In this document: positions 28,969 through 38,387 of the stretch, in pieces
Layout: every line of letters begins with the position of its first letter
Position numbering within the stretch: the stretch's first letter is position 1
From: a virus
DNA: 64,000 nt
Reading direction: 5' to 3' (one strand)
Virus record (IMG/VR): IMGVR_UViG_3300031669_000012
Location: 3,008-67,007 of that record
The notes under the pieces: model-generated
Told to the model about the DNA's origin: nothing
The model's input: the letters and a program-made list of their open reading frames with translations, nothing else
Database searches by the model: none
Translations under genes and position numbers: made by a program

Positions 28969-29265
28969 ATGGACACATTGTTATCCAAAATATTTGATTT
29001 CAACTTTTACTATTTATTTTCAACAACGTTGTTAATATATGGTATTTTAAAATATCTGATAAAGAAACCCAACAAACCTATTCAAATAGGTGTTTCACTT
29101 GTTGTAGGACTAGGTCTTGGATTTCTATTTTATAAATTAGATTCGACAAACACTCAACAATTAATATATACATTCACCGTAGCAATGGTGTTATACAACT
29201 GGATTATTAAAGAAGTTTTAAAAACTTTTAATGATCATTATGATAATAATAAAGGATTAGTATAA
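28969..29265 (+). CDS. Putative holin (three TM segments)
   Basis: 98 aa, three hydrophobic segments, charged C-terminus. Confidence 0.6.
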   Translation: MDTLLSKIFDFNFYYLFSTTLLIYGILKYLIKKPNKPIQIGVSLVVGLGLGFLFYKLDSTNTQQLIYTFTVAMVLYNWIIKEVLKTFNDHYDNNKGLV

Positions 29266-29981
29266 TGAGTATAGCAGAAGTAAGAGAGTTCTTTTTACGA
29301 AATGTAAAAGTCTCTGATGGAACTCTACAAGATAGAGAAAAGAATTATCCATTGAGTCATTTTGTGAATAAAGCATTTGTAGATGACGATGGTTTATATT
29401 CAATACGAAAAGTTGAAGTAGGAAATAGATTCTTAGAAGGAGACGTTCCTGCTGTTGAAACTTGGTCAAAACTATTGCAATCAATTCCTTTCTTTTTGAA
29501 TTTAGAATCAAATGCTTCTAATTCTAGGCAAGGACTAGTAAAAATTGCTACTGATGCACAAGTAGCAACTTCTACTGAAAAAGATACAGATGGATTTTAT
29601 TTAGTTCCGACAGCTAAACAACTTGGGAGTAAAGCAAATAATATTACAAATTATTCAACAATTAGTGGTAATTTTTTAACAACCCCTTCTATTGCATACA
29701 ATATTGCATTAAAAAGTATAAATGGAATACTTTATGCTAAAATACTAATTGCGAATACTTCTCCTTTGACAACTGGAGCACAAATAATCACATTGAATGT
29801 TGGAATTACAAATGTAGTAAATGCTAGTTGCAAATATGATTTTCCTTCATATTCTGCTACGTTTGGACCAAGACAATCAAATGGAGATATATCATTAACA
29901 TTAAGTGTTGGAAACAAATTTACTCCTATTAGTGATGTTAATCCTACAAATTATAGTTCAGGTTGGTTAATGATATTGTAA
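29265..29981 (+). CDS. Short tail-fibre-like protein
   Basis: GNRFLEGDVP and QGLVKIATDAQV (fibre-repeat-like), then a beta-rich C-terminus. Confidence 0.55.
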   Translation: MSIAEVREFFLRNVKVSDGTLQDREKNYPLSHFVNKAFVDDDGLYSIRKVEVGNRFLEGDVPAVETWSKLLQSIPFFLNLESNASNSRQGLVKIATDAQVATSTEKDTDGFYLVPTAKQLGSKANNITNYSTISGNFLTTPSIAYNIALKSINGILYAKILIANTSPLTTGAQIITLNVGITNVVNASCKYDFPSYSATFGPRQSNGDISLTLSVGNKFTPISDVNPTNYSSGWLMIL

Positions 29982-30631
29982 TGAATTATATAACATTAAG
30001 TGAAAAGGTTGCTAATCTTTTAAAGCAACCTTTCTCACTTGAACTTCAGAATAGAGTAATAGATTCGTTTAAGAATCTTTACGCCACCAGAGTAAGACAA
30101 TCATTTGAACGAAATGGGATAGATAATTCTTTAAAGATTTATTATAGATTGGATTTAATTGAAACTCCATTTCCATTAGATATTCGAATAACAATGATGA
30201 GAACTGTTAATAAAGTTGCGAAGCCAATTAGATTTGAAAATGAAGCTCCTTTTACTTTTGTAGGTAGTGGGCCACTTACATTTACTTATTCGACTTGGGA
30301 AAGATTCAGATCAAGTGCATTCCTCTTTCCTAACGGCTTCTTTGGATATATACCTTTAGATGGTTATTTATATTTGTTCTCAACTGTTTCAGATAATAAT
30401 ATTAAACTTAAAAAGATATTTATAGAATCTATATTCTATAGTCCTGAGGATGTAATTACAGCATTGACTCCTGAAATAGATAGTCTAGAAGTTGAATTAC
30501 CTTTTGCAGAAGATATGATTAATTCGATCGTTACAGAAATGTTAAAAACTGAATTTGGGATTACTAATCCTGATGACAATTTAAGTGTAAAACTAAATGA
30601 AGACGAAACAACAGTATCAAAACAGCGTTGA
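29981..30631 (+). CDS. Tail ring protein (crAss); start probably 29981
   Basis: TAATG stop-start overlap; FTFVGS...GYLYL...IESIFYSP...LPFAEDMI pattern; synteny before the IHF-like and tubular genes. Confidence 0.6.
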   Translation: MNYITLSEKVANLLKQPFSLELQNRVIDSFKNLYATRVRQSFERNGIDNSLKIYYRLDLIETPFPLDIRITMMRTVNKVAKPIRFENEAPFTFVGSGPLTFTYSTWERFRSSAFLFPNGFFGYIPLDGYLYLFSTVSDNNIKLKKIFIESIFYSPEDVITALTPEIDSLEVELPFAEDMINSIVTEMLKTEFGITNPDDNLSVKLNEDETTVSKQR

Positions 30632-31430
30632 GAAGATTCAATCTAAAATGCTTCAACTGAATGCAGAAATTCATAAACTTAGACTTTCTAAAAATGCAAT
30701 GTATGCGTTGCTAAAAACTATGGAAGATAAGTTAGCGGATATAAATGTTAAAATGGAATATGTTGATACAATTCAATATAATCCTGATAAGAAAGCAAGT
30801 TGGAATTATAAGCTTGTTGGAGATAATCCAAATATGAATGTTACATTAAAAGAACTTTTTTATAAATATGTTGTGACTTCAAATAGAATATTAGAATATT
30901 CAAGATCATATAGTATTCTAGGAAGTCTCAGAGATATTGATTATAAAAGTTATTCTGAAATTGTAAATCTAATTGGAGAAGAAATTTCTAAAGGAGTATT
31001 ACTTGGAAATAAATATCTCTTTAAGAAAACTTTAGGTAATATTACTATTGGAAGATTTCCTAAAACTCCAGGTAAATTAACTATTGATTGGGCAAGAAGT
31101 AATAAAAATAAACAGGAGATATTGAATAGAGGTGGTGTTCCTAGATTAGGAGACAATAATGGAGAGAATTGGTTAATGTATAGAGAAGATGAAAGTTATT
31201 TAGCATTCAATTGGAATAGGGATGGAATTAAAATAAAGAACGGAGTGTATTATTCCTTCAAAGCTACAAATTTCATAAATACTGAAAATAGAGTAAATAG
31301 TGATATTCAATCACAATGTAGAAACATTTCACAAACTCTTAACAATGATAAGATAGGAAATATTCAAAAGATGTTACACCTATCTAGCATAAGTTCTGAG
31401 ATCAATTCAATTTACTCAAATGGTTTATAA
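30597..31430 (+). CDS. crAss gene 53-like (IHF-related) protein
   Basis: LGNITI...IDWARS...WLMY...FNW...YSFKAT motif string; synteny. Confidence 0.6.
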   Translation: MKTKQQYQNSVEKIQSKMLQLNAEIHKLRLSKNAMYALLKTMEDKLADINVKMEYVDTIQYNPDKKASWNYKLVGDNPNMNVTLKELFYKYVVTSNRILEYSRSYSILGSLRDIDYKSYSEIVNLIGEEISKGVLLGNKYLFKKTLGNITIGRFPKTPGKLTIDWARSNKNKQEILNRGGVPRLGDNNGENWLMYREDESYLAFNWNRDGIKIKNGVYYSFKATNFINTENRVNSDIQSQCRNISQTLNNDKIGNIQKMLHLSSISSEINSIYSNGL

Positions 31431-32112
31431 TTATGTTAGTGGTCGAGTAGCAGTTGCAATGCTTTATAGTGATCTAGGTGTTAATTCAAGTGGTTGGGAA
31501 GCCAATGCACCTAGATGGATTATGAATGCATTAAGTAAATTGGGTAGTATTAAGAATCTTGAAAAGACAACTGAAACAATTGAAATTGTTGACAATCTTG
31601 GAAAACTACCCTTTCATATGCGAAGAATAGATGCAATATTTTATGAGAATGAACCAGTTACAATTTTACATTTCAATGGAAGAGTTAAAGATAGACCTAT
31701 TGATGGACAACATGTTTGTCAAATAATGAATGGTCAAATTGAATTTGATCTTCCGACAGCAGAATTAACAATTAATTATAGAAAACTTCCTGTTGCATAT
31801 GATGATGAATTGAATGTTTATTTTCCTTTAATTCCAGATCTTATAGAAGTTCAAACTTATGTAACATATTATCTTTTATATAATATTATGATACTTGGAT
31901 TTAAGCATCCTGTATTTTCATTTGATAGTAGAAATCCTGATACTAACATAACTAAAGTTTTAGCAGTATATGAGAAACAAGCTAGAAGCAAAATTAGTAG
32001 AATATCTAATGCAGAACGTATTGAAATTGCAAAAATAATGGGTAATTTCCTTACAGACTATGATACATATTCTCATCACGATGTAAATTATCCAAAACTT
32101 ACTTCATCATGA
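31420..32112 (+). CDS. Tail tubular/ring protein (Ttub)
   Basis: WIMNAL...GKLP...INYRKLP...FPLIPD motifs; lies directly before Tstab. Confidence 0.75.
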   Translation: MVYNYVSGRVAVAMLYSDLGVNSSGWEANAPRWIMNALSKLGSIKNLEKTTETIEIVDNLGKLPFHMRRIDAIFYENEPVTILHFNGRVKDRPIDGQHVCQIMNGQIEFDLPTAELTINYRKLPVAYDDELNVYFPLIPDLIEVQTYVTYYLLYNIMILGFKHPVFSFDSRNPDTNITKVLAVYEKQARSKISRISNAERIEIAKIMGNFLTDYDTYSHHDVNYPKLTSS

Positions 32113-35100
32113 ACACAAATAAAGGACTAGTATTAGATGGTTATAAAACAGATACTCCTGATAAAAAATGGAATCATGCTAGAAATGTATTGCTGACAGA
32201 CGATAAAATGTCAGTAAGAACCGAACCTGGGTTTACTAAACAATTTGATGTTGTTGGTGATCTCATTGGTAGTATTGATACTCCTGAAAATATAATATCT
32301 TTTTTTAGTATTATTGAAAACGATATCACTAAATTAGCAGTATATAAAGATGCAGAATTGTTATTTAAAACTCAGTTTATTCCTATAAGTGGGAATCCTA
32401 TATTTGGAACATATACTTATAATGGTATAATGGAATTGATAATTGTATGGGCAAATGGTGTTGCAGATGATTCTGATGAAATGAGATATTTTAATTGCAC
32501 TACTCCTCAAGTAGAATTAGATGCAAATAAAGAAATACTTACAGATTTAGAATGTCAGAAAACATTGTCTAATAGTAATCTTAATAAGGTTATTTATAAT
32601 ATAGTTCAACGTCCAACAGGAGGAACTTTGAAAGCAGGAACTTATTTTATTGCTGCAAATTATATGATAGATGATTATAACGAAACAAATTATTCATATA
32701 TCTCAGATCCATTCTACACATTAGGTTTAGATAATAACAATAAAAATGGAGTATGTGGATTCAAATTTGATAGTGTTACACCTTGTTCATTAAAAGTAAA
32801 TATTACATTTGAAAATCAATTATATAAATATGTAAATCTTGCAATTATATATTTTAATGGAACTGTTTCAATTGTTAAAAAGTTAAGTAAACTAAAAATA
32901 AATAATCGAAATGGACTATTTACAGTAGATACAGTTATTACAAATATTGATAATTTAGAATCACTAGATTTAGATTCAATTATGATTAAAATGAATCCTT
33001 ATATTAAGACTAATGAAATATCAACTATTAAAAATAAACTTGTATTAGGAGGAGTTAAAACAGCTGATAGTTTTGAATATTTTGCACAACAAGCTGCAAA
33101 CAAAATATATTTTGAAACTCAAATAGATGCATGGACTTCTGCAAAAGAATATGCTCCTGTAGATTTTACATTTCATAAAAGTTTTCAAGAAGATGAAGTT
33201 TATGCGTTTTATGCAGGATTTAAATATATTAAAGGAGGTTATATTTCTATAAATCATATTCCAAATACTCATATTCTACCTTCTAATATTCCGATGGCAG
33301 AATCTAGTAAATTATTAATACCTTCTACAAATGATGAAGAATATTACGATGATGATTTTCCACAATTGCCAAATCAAAATGTAAGACATCATAGAATTAG
33401 AAATTTTTATCAGAATGCTATGAAGACTGCTGCATATATAATTCATGGAAATAATACAATGAGTTTAGTTGCTGGTAGCAATCAATATAGATATATGTAT
33501 GCATTGAATTTAAATGATGCTGCTAATAATATAAGACCTATAAATATTAAAATTTCTGGAACAGATTTTTTAATGAATGGATGTAGAATAACTAAACAAG
33601 ATTATTCAAGTGATAATTTGAGTTTAAGAGGAAATATTAAACTATTTGATAATTTCAAAAATAGCGATATTAATGAACCACTTACAGTTTCTATATTTGC
33701 TTTAACAAGTCAAGATTTTACAAACACTTTAGAATTGGATGTTACAGATTTAACTCCAGATTATACTGCAAATATACTTCCTCAAAGTGTTATAGACGAT
33801 CCAAATAGATTTGGTAGAATTTTTGAATACGAATTGATAATGGATATAGGAGTTCCTTTAAATCAATATGCTATTGTTATAAGTAGTCAACATTATCAAG
33901 TTGATTCTATAGAAAATGTAAATACTTCTATTGGAACTTTGACTTCTAGTATGCTTCCTACAAATAGAGAATTTACACTTAGATTAAATGTAAACAATAT
34001 TGAAATACCTGATGAATTTAAAGATGTTTGTGTAGGTGTTGATATTTTCTGTGCTAAACGAACAATGACAAATAGTAGGATTATAGATCAAGATGTTATA
34101 CATACTAGATTTTGGAATGATACCATGCCATATGGTCAACAAGCTGATCCAAACGATCCAAATACTGATTTATATCAGGAAGATAAAAATGACTTATATA
34201 GTAAAGGACATGCTTTTTCATTGCTTTACAGTAAAGCAAATTTAAATAGTATTGCAAGTTTGGATGTATATGCATATGATGCTTCTAAAGGTGCTTCTGT
34301 AAATCCAGTAATTACTAATAAGGGATTTACATTTGTATATCCAAGAACAATTGGGAAAACTCCTACAAATTTTGTAATAGCAGATTCATTAGGTTATATA
34401 AAAAATAATAATATTGTTCATAATAATGTAAGAGGTGAAAGTGCCATAAAGATAACAACTCAAATGAGAAGTATATTGCCTATTGAATATGGAGACACTT
34501 ATGAAACTCCTAGAAGTTATTACATGCAATTTGTATTCTATTTTGTAAATTACATATCTAGTAATACAAACTTTTATAGTAATTATAGAAATCAAGAACT
34601 TGTTAAATTAGGATCTATCGATGTAGATAATATCATTGAAGGAGATGTATTTTATTATCAAGGATACAATATTAGATTGAGTAGATTGTCTGCAGATTTG
34701 ATTACATTACCTACAGATGATACAGATGAAACAAATATAATGACTAATATGTTGTTATACCCTATTAAATCTCAATATAATCTTGCTGCAAGATATAGTG
34801 GGAATGATATACAGGAACGAGTATATCCTCATTCTACATTTGATGAGATTATGGATGTTCCTACAATATATGACAATTTTATAAATAGTGATACAAATAA
34901 CGGATTCAATGTAGGTTTCAATAAGAGATGTGATTTTTATACATATGTGAATGGGCATTCTAAAAAGAATGATAGTGTTAATTTAAGTTTGATTCCAGTT
35001 AGCAATACTCAAGGTGATGAATCTAAAGTATTTAATTGGAGATATTTTGCATTAAATTCTTATAAACAACTACCTTTCAATAAAGGTATGATAATGGCAA

Positions 35101-36194
35101 TTCTAAGTGATGGTATAAAGTTATTTATACAAACTAGATTTGGATTATTTGTAGCATCAATTAAAGATGTTTTAGGAGTAAACGATCAACAAAAAACTTA
35201 TTTAGGAACTGGAGATATATTTGATAGAGATCCTGAAGAAGTTATAGCAGATAAAGATGGTTATATTGGATGTGAACATAAGTTTGCTACTACAGTAAAT
35301 GAAGCAGGTTATTTTGTAGTAGATGCAATGAAAAAGAAGATATTCTGGGTAAGTCAGAATAACATATGTATTTCAGATTTAGATGCAACTAAATTCTTTA
35401 ACGATCAACTGAGTCAAGAAACAATAGACAATCCTTATAGTTATTTAAATGGCATAAGGCTTGTAAGCGACAATATAAATAAACGAGTTCTATTTATCAA
35501 TAATCATACAAATACTACTTTATCATTTAGTCCTAAAGGTTCTATTTGGGTAGCATTTCACGATTATGGTGTTTTTATGGGTTTGAGTAATAGAGTAAAT
35601 ACATTCTATTATTCTAAGAAAATGAATCTAGTTGGAAGTCCACCAGCTGAAATAAATACAATTAGTTTGCATGCACAAGGTAACAATGAAAACTTTGGTA
35701 GATATGCAGATTATATAGCTAATCCTATTGATGCAAATATCAAACCTTCATTTATAGATGTTGTATTTTCAAGTGAACAGATACCAGATAAATTACTACA
35801 AAGTATTATATGGAAATCTGATATTATTAAAAATGGTATAACAAGTTATACAGATACTATAGATTTTATAATGGCATATAGTAGAACACAATCTACTGGA
35901 ATAGTTCCAATAGTAAAAGCTAATTCATTTTATTTTGAAGATACAGCTTTACTTAAAAATGATCTATGGTATTTTAATGATATCAATGATAATGTGTTAG
36001 ATGATACAGTTGCTATCTTTGATAATGCTTTGATGCCGACTGCAAACGTCGATAAGACCAAAAAAGCATGGTATAACCGAAGCAAATTTATAGGGGATAT
36101 ATTTGTAGTCAGATTCGGTTTAAGTAGCAACATTCGCAACATTAACGTTGCTTTGAGCGTTGTCGACTTATTGACTAGCAAAGATTTTAGATAG
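32109..36194 (+). CDS. Tail stabilization/muzzle protein (Tstab, P22 gp10-like)
   Basis: MNTNKGL start, NARNV, LVLGG, FQEDEVYAF, LGTGDIF, GYIGCEH, WVAFHDY, WYFNDI, C-terminal FIGDIFVVRF. Confidence 0.82.
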   Translation: MNTNKGLVLDGYKTDTPDKKWNHARNVLLTDDKMSVRTEPGFTKQFDVVGDLIGSIDTPENIISFFSIIENDITKLAVYKDAELLFKTQFIPISGNPIFGTYTYNGIMELIIVWANGVADDSDEMRYFNCTTPQVELDANKEILTDLECQKTLSNSNLNKVIYNIVQRPTGGTLKAGTYFIAANYMIDDYNETNYSYISDPFYTLGLDNNNKNGVCGFKFDSVTPCSLKVNITFENQLYKYVNLAIIYFNGTVSIVKKLSKLKINNRNGLFTVDTVITNIDNLESLDLDSIMIKMNPYIKTNEISTIKNKLVLGGVKTADSFEYFAQQAANKIYFETQIDAWTSAKEYAPVDFTFHKSFQEDEVYAFYAGFKYIKGGYISINHIPNTHILPSNIPMAESSKLLIPSTNDEEYYDDDFPQLPNQNVRHHRIRNFYQNAMKTAAYIIHGNNTMSLVAGSNQYRYMYALNLNDAANNIRPINIKISGTDFLMNGCRITKQDYSSDNLSLRGNIKLFDNFKNSDINEPLTVSIFALTSQDFTNTLELDVTDLTPDYTANILPQSVIDDPNRFGRIFEYELIMDIGVPLNQYAIVISSQHYQVDSIENVNTSIGTLTSSMLPTNREFTLRLNVNNIEIPDEFKDVCVGVDIFCAKRTMTNSRIIDQDVIHTRFWNDTMPYGQQADPNDPNTDLYQEDKNDLYSKGHAFSLLYSKANLNSIASLDVYAYDASKGASVNPVITNKGFTFVYPRTIGKTPTNFVIADSLGYIKNNNIVHNNVRGESAIKITTQMRSILPIEYGDTYETPRSYYMQFVFYFVNYISSNTNFYSNYRNQELVKLGSIDVDNIIEGDVFYYQGYNIRLSRLSADLITLPTDDTDETNIMTNMLLYPIKSQYNLAARYSGNDIQERVYPHSTFDEIMDVPTIYDNFINSDTNNGFNVGFNKRCDFYTYVNGHSKKNDSVNLSLIPVSNTQGDESKVFNWRYFALNSYKQLPFNKGMIMAILSDGIKLFIQTRFGLFVASIKDVLGVNDQQKTYLGTGDIFDRDPEEVIADKDGYIGCEHKFATTVNEAGYFVVDAMKKKIFWVSQNNICISDLDATKFFNDQLSQETIDNPYSYLNGIRLVSDNINKRVLFINNHTNTTLSFSPKGSIWVAFHDYGVFMGLSNRVNTFYYSKKMNLVGSPPAEINTISLHAQGNNENFGRYADYIANPIDANIKPSFIDVVFSSEQIPDKLLQSIIWKSDIIKNGITSYTDTIDFIMAYSRTQSTGIVPIVKANSFYFEDTALLKNDLWYFNDINDNVLDDTVAIFDNALMPTANVDKTKKAWYNRSKFIGDIFVVRFGLSSNIRNINVALSVVDLLTSKDFR

Positions 36195-36225
36195 CCTTAT
36201 TATATTGTAAAATTTCGTATCTTTG
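36194..36225 (+). promoter_or_regulatory. Promoter candidate upstream of the cargo genes
   Basis: GCCTTATTATATTGTAAAA (36194-36212) followed by TATCTTTG (36218-36225, TAnnTTTG). Confidence 0.55.
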
Positions 36226-36242
36226 AGAATAATTAAGAAAAA

Positions 36243-38375
36243 ATGAAGAAAGTAAATCGAATTAAAATTAAAACTAGACCTAAAGCATCAAATAAGATGG
36301 CTAGTGGTGGAGATACTGCTGAAGTAGGAAGTTCAGTTTTATCAGGTGCTGCTTCTGGTTTTTCTGTTGCTGGACCTTGGGGTGCAGTAGGAGGTGCTGT
36401 AATACAAGGAGGACTTAGTCTAATGGGTATAAACAGTAGAGAAAAAGCTATGGAAGAAGAAAAGAAGAGACTTGAAGAAGCAAAACGTGCTGCTTTAACA
36501 ACTTCTGATACAGCTTCTATGGCTAACTTTGCTGGTGGAAATGGTAATGGCATCAATGTCAATGCTTTATATGCTGGAGGTGGTGAACCAACAGGATTAA
36601 AAACTGGAGATATTACTCCTAAAACTGGAGATGTTGCTCCTAAACCTACAGTAGATGATACAGGAACATATCCTGGAACTCCAGAACATTTAAAATATGA
36701 TCTGGCTAGAATGGGATATGAAAATTATAATCAAGTGATGAAAGCAAATGTTAAAGAAGCAGCTAAAATAACTAAGTTAATTAGAAGCACAGTTTTAGCA
36801 AATCCTGAAAATTTTAAAGATTATTATCATATGGATGATGCAGGCATACCAATTATTAATTTTAATGCATTGATCCCTAAAGTTCTTCCTGGAATTTCAG
36901 GAACAGTTGGATTTGTAGGTAATCAATCTGGACAAACTGCTCCAGAACCTTTTAAAATGCCTAGCACATTTGGTGAAGGTGGAGAATCTAATCCAACTCT
37001 TGCAAATCCTAATGGTGGAATTGTTATGCCAGTTGCTAGTAATGCTGGAATTGCGTTAGGTCAGACTCATGAACAAGGAGGCATCGCAATTGGTAATAAT
37101 ACAGAAGTTGAAAACAATGAAACTTTAATTAAGAATAAAGAAGGTAACGTTGATGTATTTAGTCATAGACTTGGATTTGCAAATCAAGCTAATCAACTAG
37201 CAATTGAGAAAGGTAAACTTGAAACTAAGGCAAGTCTGTATGTAACTAAAATAACACAGCTTCTTAAAGATTATGATAATGCTCAAGACATATTTAAAAG
37301 AAATGGAGATTCTCATAAAGTTGATGGAAATCATAAAATACTAGAAGGTATTATTTCTCAAATTGATATGATTGATAAAAGTCTTACAGATTTGTTTAAT
37401 AAACAAGAAGCACAAAATGGTCGTATGGAAAATAACAAAGCAATGCTTGCACTTGGAGGAATAGTTAAAATGAAATTAGGAGGAAGTGATCTAATAGCAA
37501 AGTATAGAAAACTTAGTGATTCTATGTTTCCTATGACGGACACTAAAATTCCATATCCTAATCCAAGAGATAACTCAAATCTTTCTACTGTTCCATCGAT
37601 TGCACCTAAAGTAGATGTAACACCACAATCTCTTAATTTTGATAATGTAAAAACTACAACTGATTTGAGTGTTAAAACTCCTATTGATAATAATAAAAAA
37701 TTAGGAAAGATTGCAAGTGCAATAGCACCATTTATTGATAACATTGGAAATTTCTTTGCAAATGAAAATCTTAAGAAGATGGATGTTCCATCTCCAATTC
37801 TTGCAAAAGCACAAACACTAGATCCCAATATAGATGTTTCAGCATCTATGAATGCAATTGATACAGCAGCTTTAAATACTAAGAAGTTTATTGAAGCAAA
37901 TTCTTCTAATTCTTCAATTGCTAGAGATATGATTCAAAGTGTTAATAACCAAGTTGGATTAAATAAAGCTGGCATTATAGAAAAGAAGAATAATCAAGAA
38001 TTGTCAATACGTCAAAGTAATCTAGGGAATATTCAAAACGTTGATAATGCTAATGCACAAACTTTGAATCAACATGCTCAAGAAGTATTTGCAAAGAATG
38101 TTCAAACTGGAATCACGAATCCTAGTGAGAATCTTGCAAACATTGAATCAAATGTTAAAGATGCTATTAGTCAAAAGAATACTAAAGATTATCAAGACAA
38201 ACAATTAGGATTATATAAGGATATGACCCCCAAAGGAGTATGGGATGATATAGAACCTGCAATACATACAACTACTGCTACTGATTATGCTGCAAAACTT
38301 AAAGCAATGGGTAGAAGTGATTCATACATTCAGGATAGAATAGCATTTCTGACAAGCAAAGGAATCTTCAAATAA
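36243..38375 (+). CDS. Virion cargo/ejection protein 1
   Basis: Gly/Ala-rich hydrophobic N-terminal segment (GAASGFSVAGPWGAVGGAVI), THEQGGI...EVENNE motif, repeated xA/GxGG motifs. Confidence 0.75.
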   Translation: MKKVNRIKIKTRPKASNKMASGGDTAEVGSSVLSGAASGFSVAGPWGAVGGAVIQGGLSLMGINSREKAMEEEKKRLEEAKRAALTTSDTASMANFAGGNGNGINVNALYAGGGEPTGLKTGDITPKTGDVAPKPTVDDTGTYPGTPEHLKYDLARMGYENYNQVMKANVKEAAKITKLIRSTVLANPENFKDYYHMDDAGIPIINFNALIPKVLPGISGTVGFVGNQSGQTAPEPFKMPSTFGEGGESNPTLANPNGGIVMPVASNAGIALGQTHEQGGIAIGNNTEVENNETLIKNKEGNVDVFSHRLGFANQANQLAIEKGKLETKASLYVTKITQLLKDYDNAQDIFKRNGDSHKVDGNHKILEGIISQIDMIDKSLTDLFNKQEAQNGRMENNKAMLALGGIVKMKLGGSDLIAKYRKLSDSMFPMTDTKIPYPNPRDNSNLSTVPSIAPKVDVTPQSLNFDNVKTTTDLSVKTPIDNNKKLGKIASAIAPFIDNIGNFFANENLKKMDVPSPILAKAQTLDPNIDVSASMNAIDTAALNTKKFIEANSSNSSIARDMIQSVNNQVGLNKAGIIEKKNNQELSIRQSNLGNIQNVDNANAQTLNQHAQEVFAKNVQTGITNPSENLANIESNVKDAISQKNTKDYQDKQLGLYKDMTPKGVWDDIEPAIHTTTATDYAAKLKAMGRSDSYIQDRIAFLTSKGIFK

Positions 38376-38387
38376 CAAACAAAACAT

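Noticed and set aside
19887-29981. Diversity-generating retroelement
   Set aside because: No reverse transcriptase ORF and no template/variable repeat pair differing at adenines was detected in this window.
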